Below, in pieces: positions 35,549-44,097 of a stretch of DNA of 64,000 bases. The position numbers and the translations under genes are program-made. Every line of letters starts with the position of its first letter. Positions within the stretch are counted from its first letter, which is position 1. Location of the stretch: IMG/VR virus record IMGVR_UViG_3300020048_000118, one strand, 5' to 3'. The DNA is from an uncultured virus (IMG/VR IMGVR_UViG_3300020048_000118) (Duplodnaviria > Heunggongvirae > Uroviricota > Caudoviricetes > Crassvirales). Below the pieces are notes generated by a model that made no database searches, was not told the DNA's origin, and saw nothing but the letters and a program-made list of their open reading frames with translations.

Positions 35549-37977
35549 CTTGGTTCAAAAGATGCCAAATCAAATCCGTTAAGAGTATCATTTTCATTAC
35601 TCTCAAAGTCTACCGGTGGCAAATTGTTTTTTCTTTGGTCGATCAACTTTGATTGTTGTGTATTCTGTAAAGATACTCTCTTGTCTTTTGCTTCTTCCTT
35701 CATCGCTTCCTTGTCGTTGACGATCTGGTTGTCCATGCCCTTTAACTGCATGTTCATTTGGAATTCCTCTCTCATAAGACCAAGCTTGATCTGAGCTTCT
35801 TGTCTCATCTTCTCCACTTCGAACTCTACCTCAGCCCTCTTAATCTCGATCTTAGACTGAGTCTCAGCATTGATCTGTTCCATGGTAGCCTGAGCTGTAG
35901 CCTGAGCTGCTTCGATGTTAGCTTGAGATTGGAATTGAGAGATCTGCTGCTGCTTCTCCATTTCCTTCTTGTCCTTCTCCTTGCGCTTAACCTTCAACAA
36001 TTGGTTTGCAAGCTTCAAGTTCTTGATCTCACGGATATCAATTGCATCCTCTAGGCCGATCTGGTCTCTAGACAATGCCATCTGGATGTTAGCCTCAAGC
36101 TGTTGTTTCTCTTCTTCGTCTGGAGATACTTCAATGAAGATACCAAAGTCATGCAAGTAAAGGTCCTTGATGCTCTCTAGGATCTGTACGTTGTATTTGC
36201 CGATCTGGTTTGCGAACTCCTCACGGAAGTCAGCGTACTCCAAGATGTCAGACACACGACCAGATACACAGGTAGATAACCTTCTTGTGATGAATAGTGC
36301 TGCGTCAAGGATGTGCCTTGTGGCAGTATTTGAGTTAGCGGCAGCCAATTTCTGAACACCAACTAGTGCGTCAGACGATGGCATAGATCCGTCACGAGCC
36401 TCGTTAAGGCCTGTAACGTCCCTGATCATAGACAGGTAATGGTTATATGTACCGATCAAGCTAGAAATCTTAGCCTGACCAGAGTTAGAGTTTAGCTCTT
36501 GAATTGGAACACGTGCATTGTTGAACTCACCGTCAGATGTATAGCTTCTACCGATAACACTACCGGTCTGGAAGTACATGCGTAGAGCGTCTTCTGGGTT
36601 GTAAGCGGCACCATTGCCTAGGTCAACGTCAACAAGTCCGTCAGCATCGATAAATACACCATCTGGAACGATCTTAGTAAGTACCTGCTGCAACTTGAGG
36701 TGTGTCATCTGAATCAAGTCAGCGAATGTAATCATCCTGCGTACCAATGACTCAACAACGCCCTTGTAAAGACGAGGTGCACACATTACGTAGTTAGAGT
36801 ATGCGTACTGAGACGCAGACTTTGGTCTTACCATGTTCTTGGAAAGTTCCCACTTGATCAAGTGGTTCGATCCCATAACCAAGATACCCTCGTACCAAAC
36901 GTCAATTCTCTTCTCTACCTTCTCGAACCTGTCCTCTGGAGTTACCTCTGGGTTAAAGTTTTCGTCCTTGCGGATAACACGCTCACCTCCGTTCTCCAAG
37001 AACTTCTTCTTGTAAACGAATTTCTTGTCTGTCTTGTAGTTGAAATAAAGAAGCGTTACATTGTCCTTATCGAAGATATCGTTACGGTATGCACGCATGA
37101 TGCCATAGTAATTATACCAAGCAGAGCCTAGCTGAGATATTTCTTCTAGCTCTTCCTTGGTAATGTCTGGCTTGATCTTGATCAGCTCTGTGATCGGGAC
37201 CTGCTTTACTTCACCATAGTAAAAGCAATCTTCAAATGTTGGTGACTCGGTGTAACTATAGACCAAGTTGGCTGGGTCAACGTACTCGACCTTAACACCT
37301 GCCCCTGGTAAAAAGCTGTGCTTTGCCCCACCCACACCCAGTACTGCCAAGTCATAGTTGATTCTTTTCTTAATGTCTGCATAGTTGTTTTGTTCTAGGA
37401 TTGTATTAATAGCCTCTTCTTCAGCAATCTCGATGCTAGGCTTGTAGTTTAATTGCATGTAAAGCTGCAACTCCTCGTCATTTGATGGAAGGTTCTCAAC
37501 GTCTGTGTTGAAAGCGTCCACACCAAACTGCTCCTTTGTCTGAAGCAAGAAGTCCTTTGCAACCATGTCTCCCTCGATCATGTCCTGGAACTGAGACCTC
37601 TTCTCAGCGGCCATCGCATCCTGTGCAACTGCCTTTACGCTGAAGTTTCTGTCTGCCATTCCATTGACAACGATGTCAACGAACTTAGGAATAATAGGAA
37701 CTGGAGTCCAAGACAAGTTTAAGTACGACAGGTCTCCGTCAAATGACATCTCCTTCTTGTACTTGTCAACGGCCTGCTCACCACGGGCGTACAAACGCAA
37801 GCGGTGGAACTCTGTCCACTGGTTATAGTAACGACAAGAACCCGCATCTCTGCGAAACCATTCGTATTGAATAGAGTTGCCTATCTTTAGGCCGTACTCT
37901 TTTGAGGCCTTTTCGGCATCCGTAGCCAACTGACTTGGAAAGCTAGTTGGGCTTATTGCAATGATTGGTTCTGTCAT
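35545..37977 (-). CDS. Portal protein
   Basis: 810 aa directly after TerL; PIIPKFVDIVVNG, IRDVTGLNEARDG, C-terminal coiled coil. Confidence 0.85.
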   Translation of the reverse strand: MTEPIIAISPTSFPSQLATDAEKASKEYGLKIGNSIQYEWFRRDAGSCRYYNQWTEFHRLRLYARGEQAVDKYKKEMSFDGDLSYLNLSWTPVPIIPKFVDIVVNGMADRNFSVKAVAQDAMAAEKRSQFQDMIEGDMVAKDFLLQTKEQFGVDAFNTDVENLPSNDEELQLYMQLNYKPSIEIAEEEAINTILEQNNYADIKKRINYDLAVLGVGGAKHSFLPGAGVKVEYVDPANLVYSYTESPTFEDCFYYGEVKQVPITELIKIKPDITKEELEEISQLGSAWYNYYGIMRAYRNDIFDKDNVTLLYFNYKTDKKFVYKKKFLENGGERVIRKDENFNPEVTPEDRFEKVEKRIDVWYEGILVMGSNHLIKWELSKNMVRPKSASQYAYSNYVMCAPRLYKGVVESLVRRMITFADLIQMTHLKLQQVLTKIVPDGVFIDADGLVDVDLGNGAAYNPEDALRMYFQTGSVIGRSYTSDGEFNNARVPIQELNSNSGQAKISSLIGTYNHYLSMIRDVTGLNEARDGSMPSSDALVGVQKLAAANSNTATRHILDAALFITRRLSTCVSGRVSDILEYADFREEFANQIGKYNVQILESIKDLYLHDFGIFIEVSPDEEEKQQLEANIQMALSRDQIGLEDAIDIREIKNLKLANQLLKVKRKEKDKKEMEKQQQISQFQSQANIEAAQATAQATMEQINAETQSKIEIKRAEVEFEVEKMRQEAQIKLGLMREEFQMNMQLKGMDNQIVNDKEAMKEEAKDKRVSLQNTQQSKLIDQRKNNLPPVDFESNENDTLNGFDLASFEPR

Positions 37978-40181
37978 TATCTTATCAAATGGCTTTGAGA
38001 GCCTTTATTATCGTATTGTGCAAATTTAACGCTTATTTTCGACTTCTGTACGGCCTTTAAATATAAGTGTTTTTGATTAGCCATAATTGCAAGACCTGAG
38101 CTGATAGAAGCATCGTGCTTTGTTCGGTTGTTGATATCGAATCTTGCCCAGTCCTCAAGCGTCCTAGTGAACGGCATCACGCCCATCTCGTCCGATGGCC
38201 TATAAGTACCCTCCATGTCTATGCCAACGTGCTGCTCGATATAACTCTCGATAGCCGATGCGTGAGCCTGCTTAATGTCCTCAGAGGTGTTGGGTATCCC
38301 CCCGATCTCTATCTCTGTCTTAGACAGCTTAGCAATGGGCTTGTCAGGCCTGTTCGTAGCGAACGCCCTGTATCCCCTGTTCTTAAAGTGGTAAAGTAGT
38401 CTTGGCTTGTTATTCTCCGCTAGTACCGGCATGCCATAGAACACGCACGCCATCAGAACGTCCTCAAAGAATATCTCCGCTGTCTGTGGCCTTGCGATAT
38501 ACTCTAGAAAGAATTGGTTGCACGGACCGCTGTCCATGTGGAACTTAGTCATTCCGTGTAGAGATCCGTTAGATCCACCACCGCCTACGGTACCCGAGAT
38601 ATCATAAGGATCGCATCCGAATGTGCCCATGTGCTCGTTGCCCGGCTTCTTTCTTCCGTTGATGTCGATGACATTATTGGGCTTGTCAGGGAACCAAGAG
38701 ATGTAGAACCTTCCTGTATTCTCTGGAGTCCAAACAACCTCTCCGTCCTTCTCTCCATTCTTCCAGTGGAAGTTACCACGGGTAATCATCTGTCCCTTGA
38801 TCATGGAGTCATTGTAGTCGATCTGTTGGTATATCTTGGTCAGGTTGAACAGAGACTGCTTGCTCTCGTCACGGAATGCGTGTGACTCTGTGCGTGGGAA
38901 CTGACGATAGAATTCGTTCAGTGCGTCCGAGTCAGACTTTAAAGACTGTACCTCATTCTCCCAGTAGTTGATAACGCTGTCCTGTATCCAACCCCCGTCT
39001 ATGCCCTTGATCGGCTCTACCGGCTTCTCAAGTACAGGCCATCCATGCTCATCGATAAATCCCTCGAAGTTCCACTCCATTGGAATAAAGAGTGCGTATA
39101 ACCCGCTCTTTGTCTGACCGTTTTGGCTTCGCTTCCTTGGGTCTGAGTCATTGTAAAGGTCCTTGTAACCAGATCCGCCCTTGTCCATTGCGTTAGAGGT
39201 AGACCCCATCATACACTTTCCGATGATCCTAGAACCCAAACGAAGACATGTCTTTGTTACACGCCAGTTACTCTCGATGTTATTCGGTGGTGTCCACTTG
39301 GCCGCCTCGTCATGTATTAGTAGTTTTAGCTTCTCTCCATCATAGGAGTTGTCAGCTGTGTTCTTCCAGTCGATGGACGTGTCTAGACCCTCTATGTCCT
39401 CCTCATTCTTGTCCATGTTATTGCGTGTGATCTTGGACGCAGGCACACGGAAACCTAGCTCCGTCTTAGGCTTGTCCATACCATCCTGCACAGGCTTGAA
39501 GAAGAACGGGTAATTTGTAGATATAGGCACGACCTTGTCCGTGAACATGATCTTGGCATCGGATCCGGTCTTAGACAGGATACCAAGCCTTGCATTCTTT
39601 GTGATGGTACCAATGTTCACTAGCTCGGATGAGCTCATAAACGAGAATCCAGAACGTCTGTTCTTGAGGTAGCACATGCCAAAGCATCGTGTGTCAGCCT
39701 TACAAGCCTCCCAGTAAATAAAGAATATACGGTTAGACTCACGGAACTCAGGAAGACCAACGTCAATCTTGGTCCACTGCAAGTACATGTAGTGAGTACC
39801 CGTGATATAGGTCTTCTGCTTCTTGTTAAGGAACCAGAAACCATTCTCACGCCTGTCAAACTCTGTCTCGATGTAGTCTACCCACTTGCCCTTGAACTGG
39901 TTGTCGTACTTGTTCCAGTCGAATATCGTCTTTAACTTAGAAAGCTCCTTTGGATACTCCTGTGGAACCCACTTGCCTCCACGGTCCTCTACGTGCTTTG
40001 GAAACGGCAACGCTATCTTGAGCCCGTTAATCTCGTAAACAGGGCCTATTGTCCCGTCTCTAGATATAATAATGACATCGTACTTAGGATTATATCCATA
40101 CTCCCAAGAGCCTTCCTTGTTGCCCTTGGCTACAACGTCCTTTGGTATAGGATCCTTTATGACCTCGTACAGCCTGCTCAT
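37977..40181 (-). CDS. terL: Terminase large subunit
   Basis: Walker A-like KNRRSGFS, Walker B LIHDEAAK, GSTSN, nuclease GCDPYD. Confidence 0.9.
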   Translation of the reverse strand: MSRLYEVIKDPIPKDVVAKGNKEGSWEYGYNPKYDVIIISRDGTIGPVYEINGLKIALPFPKHVEDRGGKWVPQEYPKELSKLKTIFDWNKYDNQFKGKWVDYIETEFDRRENGFWFLNKKQKTYITGTHYMYLQWTKIDVGLPEFRESNRIFFIYWEACKADTRCFGMCYLKNRRSGFSFMSSSELVNIGTITKNARLGILSKTGSDAKIMFTDKVVPISTNYPFFFKPVQDGMDKPKTELGFRVPASKITRNNMDKNEEDIEGLDTSIDWKNTADNSYDGEKLKLLIHDEAAKWTPPNNIESNWRVTKTCLRLGSRIIGKCMMGSTSNAMDKGGSGYKDLYNDSDPRKRSQNGQTKSGLYALFIPMEWNFEGFIDEHGWPVLEKPVEPIKGIDGGWIQDSVINYWENEVQSLKSDSDALNEFYRQFPRTESHAFRDESKQSLFNLTKIYQQIDYNDSMIKGQMITRGNFHWKNGEKDGEVVWTPENTGRFYISWFPDKPNNVIDINGRKKPGNEHMGTFGCDPYDISGTVGGGGSNGSLHGMTKFHMDSGPCNQFFLEYIARPQTAEIFFEDVLMACVFYGMPVLAENNKPRLLYHFKNRGYRAFATNRPDKPIAKLSKTEIEIGGIPNTSEDIKQAHASAIESYIEQHVGIDMEGTYRPSDEMGVMPFTRTLEDWARFDINNRTKHDASISSGLAIMANQKHLYLKAVQKSKISVKFAQYDNKGSQSHLIR

Positions 40182-40474
40182 TTAGAGAATCTTTCTGCAA
40201 AGCCCTTCTTGGTGTCCACAGACGCAGATACCTTAACCTCTGGTGTCTCCAGCATGTTACGCTCCTCTTGTATCCTCTTTAGGATATCGAAGGCGTCCAT
40301 GATGGCCAGTTTCTTGGTAGCTGCAGCGTTCTTTAGCTTGTCCGCAGACAGGTCCGTCTCTGAGTTGTTGTTCAGGATCGGCTCCTTTGCCACTGCGATT
40401 AGCTCGTGTATGGCCTTCTCTGCAGCGTCTATAATCTTTTCCTTGAATTCTTTCTCCGTCATAAGGCTACGCAT
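40178..40474 (-). CDS. Putative terminase small subunit
   Basis: Small helical protein immediately upstream of TerL. Confidence 0.45.
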   Translation of the reverse strand: MRSLMTEKEFKEKIIDAAEKAIHELIAVAKEPILNNNSETDLSADKLKNAAATKKLAIMDAFDILKRIQEERNMLETPEVKVSASVDTKKGFAERFSK

Positions 40475-41016
40475 ATGTTCTTGCTAAACATCCGGTACAG
40501 CTTCTCTCCGTCCACGGTGAACGGATACTCGCTCTCTGGCTGGAAACTAATCATGTCTCCATCCTTCAGTCCCTTAGAGTAAAGATACTCATTTCCGTAC
40601 TTTAGAATCCCAACTAGCGGGTTCTCCATGTCAGTACTCTTGATGATAGTGGAGTTATCGTTCTCCACTGGCTTGACCATGCAGTAAGGGTGAGGTGCCT
40701 TCCACACGTCATCGTGCTTGTACAGGAAGAACTGATCGAAGTCGATGAAGAAGGTGCTGTCCCTAAAGTGAGACGGCCCGTACTTCTCCTTTCCACGTAC
40801 ATCGAAGTACTTTCTGAACACGTTGTGGTGTACCATGAGTATGTCACCAGGGACGATTTCCCCAGTGTAACCGATTGGAGTGGCGATGACCGTGGCAAAT
40901 CGATTGGTTGCAGTGTGGTCCTCCTTTGATGCGCTCAATATGAGCCCGTAATCTGTTGTGCTGTCGTAAAGCTTGTCGCCAACAGGCTCTACCACAAAGT
41001 AGAGCGGTGATTTCAT
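40459..41016 (-). CDS. Tandem GroES-like co-chaperonin
   Basis: Two GroES-like units: FVVEP...GLIL...ATVIATP...IVPGDILMV and MVKP...GILKYG...LKDGDMISF...TVDGEKLYRM. Confidence 0.6.
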   Translation of the reverse strand: MKSPLYFVVEPVGDKLYDSTTDYGLILSASKEDHTATNRFATVIATPIGYTGEIVPGDILMVHHNVFRKYFDVRGKEKYGPSHFRDSTFFIDFDQFFLYKHDDVWKAPHPYCMVKPVENDNSTIIKSTDMENPLVGILKYGNEYLYSKGLKDGDMISFQPESEYPFTVDGEKLYRMFSKNICVAL

Positions 41017-41021
41017 TTTAT

Positions 41022-41243
41022 TTAAAAGTCTATATCGTATTCAATTGAGATAGGCATGTTGCTGTTGAAGGTCTTCCAAAGCATCATGCCAGAGGTATTC
41101 TTGATCCAAATGTCAACAGTGCCATCATCCTTTAATAGCATAAGAGATATCTTGTACTCGCCACGCAATACGTCCTGACCAAGCACATAGTGCATGGCAT
41201 CAGACTTATAGTCTTGGCCGATAGATACCTTTCTTACGATCAT
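41022..41243 (-). CDS. Hypothetical protein
   Basis: IVRKVSIGQDYK...MPISIEY ORF in operon. Confidence 0.6.
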   Translation of the reverse strand: MIVRKVSIGQDYKSDAMHYVLGQDVLRGEYKISLMLLKDDGTVDIWIKNTSGMMLWKTFNSNMPISIEYDIDF

Positions 41244-41503
41244 AGAGCGATCCAGCCTGTAGACTTGTATTGGTATGTACCCTCGGTAGCGTCTGTCTGG
41301 TACACCAACTGACCAACAACTGGAGAAACGATCGCCAATCTTTGGGCCTGTGTAACCTTTGGAGCACCTGCACCAAATGTGTAGACAGCAACCGCATCAA
41401 CGGTCGTGTTATTTGTCGCACCACCGGCGGGTGTGTTAGACATCAAAAGTTTTTCAGTACCCACCAATGCGGTGTCTACTGTATAGTTATTAATATTGCC
41501 CAT
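41240..41503 (-). CDS. Small virion/fibre-associated protein
   Basis: PKVTQAQRLAI...GQLVYQTD...W motif seen in fibre domains. Confidence 0.55.
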   Translation of the reverse strand: MGNINNYTVDTALVGTEKLLMSNTPAGGATNNTTVDAVAVYTFGAGAPKVTQAQRLAIVSPVVGQLVYQTDATEGTYQYKSTGWIAL

Positions 41504-41738
41504 CTTTTATTTCTCCTGTGTTTAGATCGATAAGCACGTTACCGTACTTCTCTTGCAATTCTCCTTGCAGGCTTGTCAACTCCTCGGCGGTGTTCTCAAT
41601 ATCAAAGATAAGAGCAGGCTTACGGTTGTTCAAGCGAGACAAGTTTACTTCAATGTCAGCAATCTCTTCCTTCAAGGACTTTACCTTTGAGCTCAAAGAT
41701 CTAAGTGACTCTAATTCTTGTGTTTCTAACGATTTCAT
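41490..41738 (-). CDS. Coiled-coil hypothetical protein (paralogue of 42708-42977)
   Basis: Ends KYGNVLIDLNTGEI; compare TYGKGQLNLDTFEF. Confidence 0.6.
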   Translation of the reverse strand: MKSLETQELESLRSLSSKVKSLKEEIADIEVNLSRLNNRKPALIFDIENTAEELTSLQGELQEKYGNVLIDLNTGEIKDGQY

Positions 41739-42151
41739 TTAAGTACAAATCTAATCATAATAATTAACAATAACAAGGTACCGAACGCAATTGCCAAAGA
41801 TTTCCAGAAAGGATCGTTCTTGTACGATACTGTTGGTGGCAAATTGAATGGGATCTTTGTAGTAATACGGACTGTATCTGACTTACACTTGGTGTAAACT
41901 TTAATTACATTGTCCCTTCGGATCACCTTGGTATAGACAAAGCTGTCCTCCATTACAATTGTGTCGTAGCACGTGGTAAAGAAGCTATCTGTTAGTATTC
42001 TTTCCTTTGTTACAAACTGGGTGTCATGAACCAATACAGTGTCCCTACTCAAGAGTAGGGAAGGGTCTTTTTTAATTGCACGCTTCAAGTGCCAGTTGGC
42101 ACTGCATGAGGTTAGCAACAATATAGCAATAGCGTATTTTAACATTTCCAT
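41735..42151 (-). CDS. Lipoprotein with C-terminal TM helix, possible unimolecular spanin
   Basis: Lipobox LLTSC plus C-terminal hydrophobic helix; near holin candidate. Confidence 0.55.
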   Translation of the reverse strand: MEMLKYAIAILLLTSCSANWHLKRAIKKDPSLLLSRDTVLVHDTQFVTKERILTDSFFTTCYDTIVMEDSFVYTKVIRRDNVIKVYTKCKSDTVRITTKIPFNLPPTVSYKNDPFWKSLAIAFGTLLLLIIMIRFVLK

Positions 42152-42426
42152 CTTTTACGTGCCTGTCTAAGGCGTGAGTTAGGATCGTTTGCTGCGGCTG
42201 GGAACATCTTCATCTGTCCAGCACTGCGTGCACAGAATGACTTGCGTCTCTTTGCATCTGCGCTACCAGCCTTTACCTTTCCAGTTACAGCAGTCTTTAG
42301 CTTGCTGCCTGGATTGGCCTTGCGATACGCTGCTACGCCCTTAGCGGTCATGCCTGCACCCTTGCTCGTTGGCAAGTAGTTGGCACCCTTTCCGGTTGTA
42401 GTCTTTGGTATTGGCTTATCCTTCAT
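42139..42426 (-). CDS. Small basic protein (RRKSFCAR family)
   Basis: GMTAKGVAAYRKANPGSKLK...RRKSFCARS...RWKC; start reassigned to 42426. Confidence 0.65.
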   Translation of the reverse strand: MKDKPIPKTTTGKGANYLPTSKGAGMTAKGVAAYRKANPGSKLKTAVTGKVKAGSADAKRRKSFCARSAGQMKMFPAAANDPNSRLRQARKRWKC

Positions 42427-42640
42427 TTTTATTGGCAAATTTGTCGATGCTTGTGAATCCAAGGCATGCGATCACTACAAACTCAACAGCGGCTACTAGG
42501 TCCTTGCTAGGAGCAATGTCCTGCGGGCTCAAGCTGTTGTGTGCCATAGTTGCAAACAATACAAGTGCACCCACAATACCCACTACACGCTTAGACGAAA
42601 TCTCGCCCTTGTCACCCTTAAACATCTGTAATAATTTCAT
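42416..42640 (-). CDS. Putative holin (2 TM)
   Basis: SSKRVVG followed by two hydrophobic helices and IDKF tail. Confidence 0.55.
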   Translation of the reverse strand: MKLLQMFKGDKGEISSKRVVGIVGALVLFATMAHNSLSPQDIAPSKDLVAAVEFVVIACLGFTSIDKFANKNEG

Positions 42641-42658
42641 TCCTCAAATATACAAAAT

Positions 42659-42684
42659 AAAAAGGCAACCACTTGGGCTGCCTT
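42659..42684 (-). terminator. Intrinsic terminator
   Basis: AAGGCAGCC-CAAGT-GGTTGCCTT plus T-run. Confidence 0.7.
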
Positions 42685-42707
42685 CTTAATGTGTTAAATA
42701 ATAGAGT

Positions 42708-42977
42708 TTACTTTACAACTTCCATTGTAGGTTCAGCAGGGATAAACTCGAAAGTGTCCAAGTTTAATTGACCCTTGCCATAAGTTGATTCGATGGTCTT
42801 GAAGAACTCGTTTTGGTCAGCAGCTAGAGTAGCTTTTGCTTCCATTACTTTTCCTTTCATTTCTTCCAAGTCAGAGATCTGGAAAGAGATGCGACCTAAA
42901 TCACCAATGATGGCGTTTGTTTGTTTTTGGAAACCTTTAACGGCTTCTACTTCTTCTTCGGTTAATTTGATTGACAT
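42708..42977 (-). CDS. Coiled-coil hypothetical protein
   Basis: ORF with biased codons; paralogue of 41490-41738. Confidence 0.6.
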   Translation of the reverse strand: MSIKLTEEEVEAVKGFQKQTNAIIGDLGRISFQISDLEEMKGKVMEAKATLAADQNEFFKTIESTYGKGQLNLDTFEFIPAEPTMEVVK

Positions 42978-43014
42978 ATATTTTTCTAATTAGTGATGCG
43001 AATATAGTACAAAA

Positions 43015-43497
43015 TTAGCAATCTACCACTTTACTTGCGCCATATAAAGAAACTAATTTTTCTTTAAGTTTGCCGTAAGCGTAAGCGAAGATGTCTACAC
43101 TTTGTAGTGGAGACAAGTCAACAACCATGCTCTTACGCATCTCGGTCACTTCCTTTTCTACTGGTACCATTTCCTTAACGGTCTCAGAGATTTCTTCTCC
43201 TGCTTCATTGGTGTATGTCTTTACAACATCCTTTTGCTCTTGAACTGTCTGGGTGTAGGTGTAAGCCTCTTCTACTTCTTTCATCAAGGAAACACTTAGG
43301 TATTCTCCGATTTCAAAGTTTTGAGCCTGAGACCCGTTCATCATCCCATTTTCTTTTGCAGCCGCTTCGTCCATATACAATTGGATGCGGAAGTTTGCGT
43401 TTCCAGACTTGCTGATCTGGTAATCTGCGATACGAACGTAAGCTTCGCTACTTATGCCCCTGTTGGTTCCGATAGATTTAGTTATCTTTAATGCCAT
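43015..43497 (-). CDS. Hypothetical protein, possibly tail-fibre associated
   Basis: Start reassigned to MALKITK behind TATATTTG (43502-43509). Confidence 0.55.
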   Translation of the reverse strand: MALKITKSIGTNRGISSEAYVRIADYQISKSGNANFRIQLYMDEAAAKENGMMNGSQAQNFEIGEYLSVSLMKEVEEAYTYTQTVQEQKDVVKTYTNEAGEEISETVKEMVPVEKEVTEMRKSMVVDLSPLQSVDIFAYAYGKLKEKLVSLYGASKVVDC

Positions 43498-43527
43498 ACT
43501 ACAAATATACTCAATATTTAACAAAAA

Positions 43528-44097
43528 TCAATAGACTCTAATATATATGCTCTGACCGTTTGGTGTGTGGTCTATTGCACCAGACGATGCACTACCTCCT
43601 GGTAAAACTTGGAACGGGGCTCCAGGGAATGAGGTCCACGAAGATCCGTTGTACGAGTAGTCTATGCTTACAGTCGGGAACGGAGGTGGGCCTGGATTCA
43701 CGTTAAAGTTAACCTGCAGAGTAACTTGGTCCCAGTGAGGAACTCCACCACCACCTTGTGTAGTATTTGGTGGTACATTGTTTACCGAGAATGGACTAGT
43801 TGCTGGATTTGAACCTGACGTTCCTGTACCCGTGGCGCTATTGACTGAGAAGTCGCAGCTGTTTAAACTCGCAGGCACGGATGACTGAACTTGGAAAGAG
43901 TAGCTGACCTTAGCCTCTAGGTCGTAGAACCCGCTCATCTTGATCGTTGACTGATCGACATATCCGTAGGCATCAGCGTAACCATCAAACAGCTTGTATG
44001 CGTCAAACTGAGAGAATAGAGCAGGACTTGGAGTGCTTATCCCCAAGTCCGTTATTAAGTCCCCTACCAGTATTACTCCAGATGTTGGCGTGCTCAT
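43528..44097 (-). CDS. Putative fibre-tip/adhesin protein
   Basis: PTSGVILVGDL...IKMSGFY N-terminus reminiscent of gp38-type adhesin attachment domain; follows S74 fibre. Confidence 0.5.
   Translation of the reverse strand: MSTPTSGVILVGDLITDLGISTPSPALFSQFDAYKLFDGYADAYGYVDQSTIKMSGFYDLEAKVSYSFQVQSSVPASLNSCDFSVNSATGTGTSGSNPATSPFSVNNVPPNTTQGGGGVPHWDQVTLQVNFNVNPGPPPFPTVSIDYSYNGSSWTSFPGAPFQVLPGGSASSGAIDHTPNGQSIYIRVY

Noticed and set aside
34829..35570. Group I intron in the portal gene
   Set aside because: The endonuclease ORF fills the whole insert, leaving no room for the ribozyme core; the portal has its own in-frame stop
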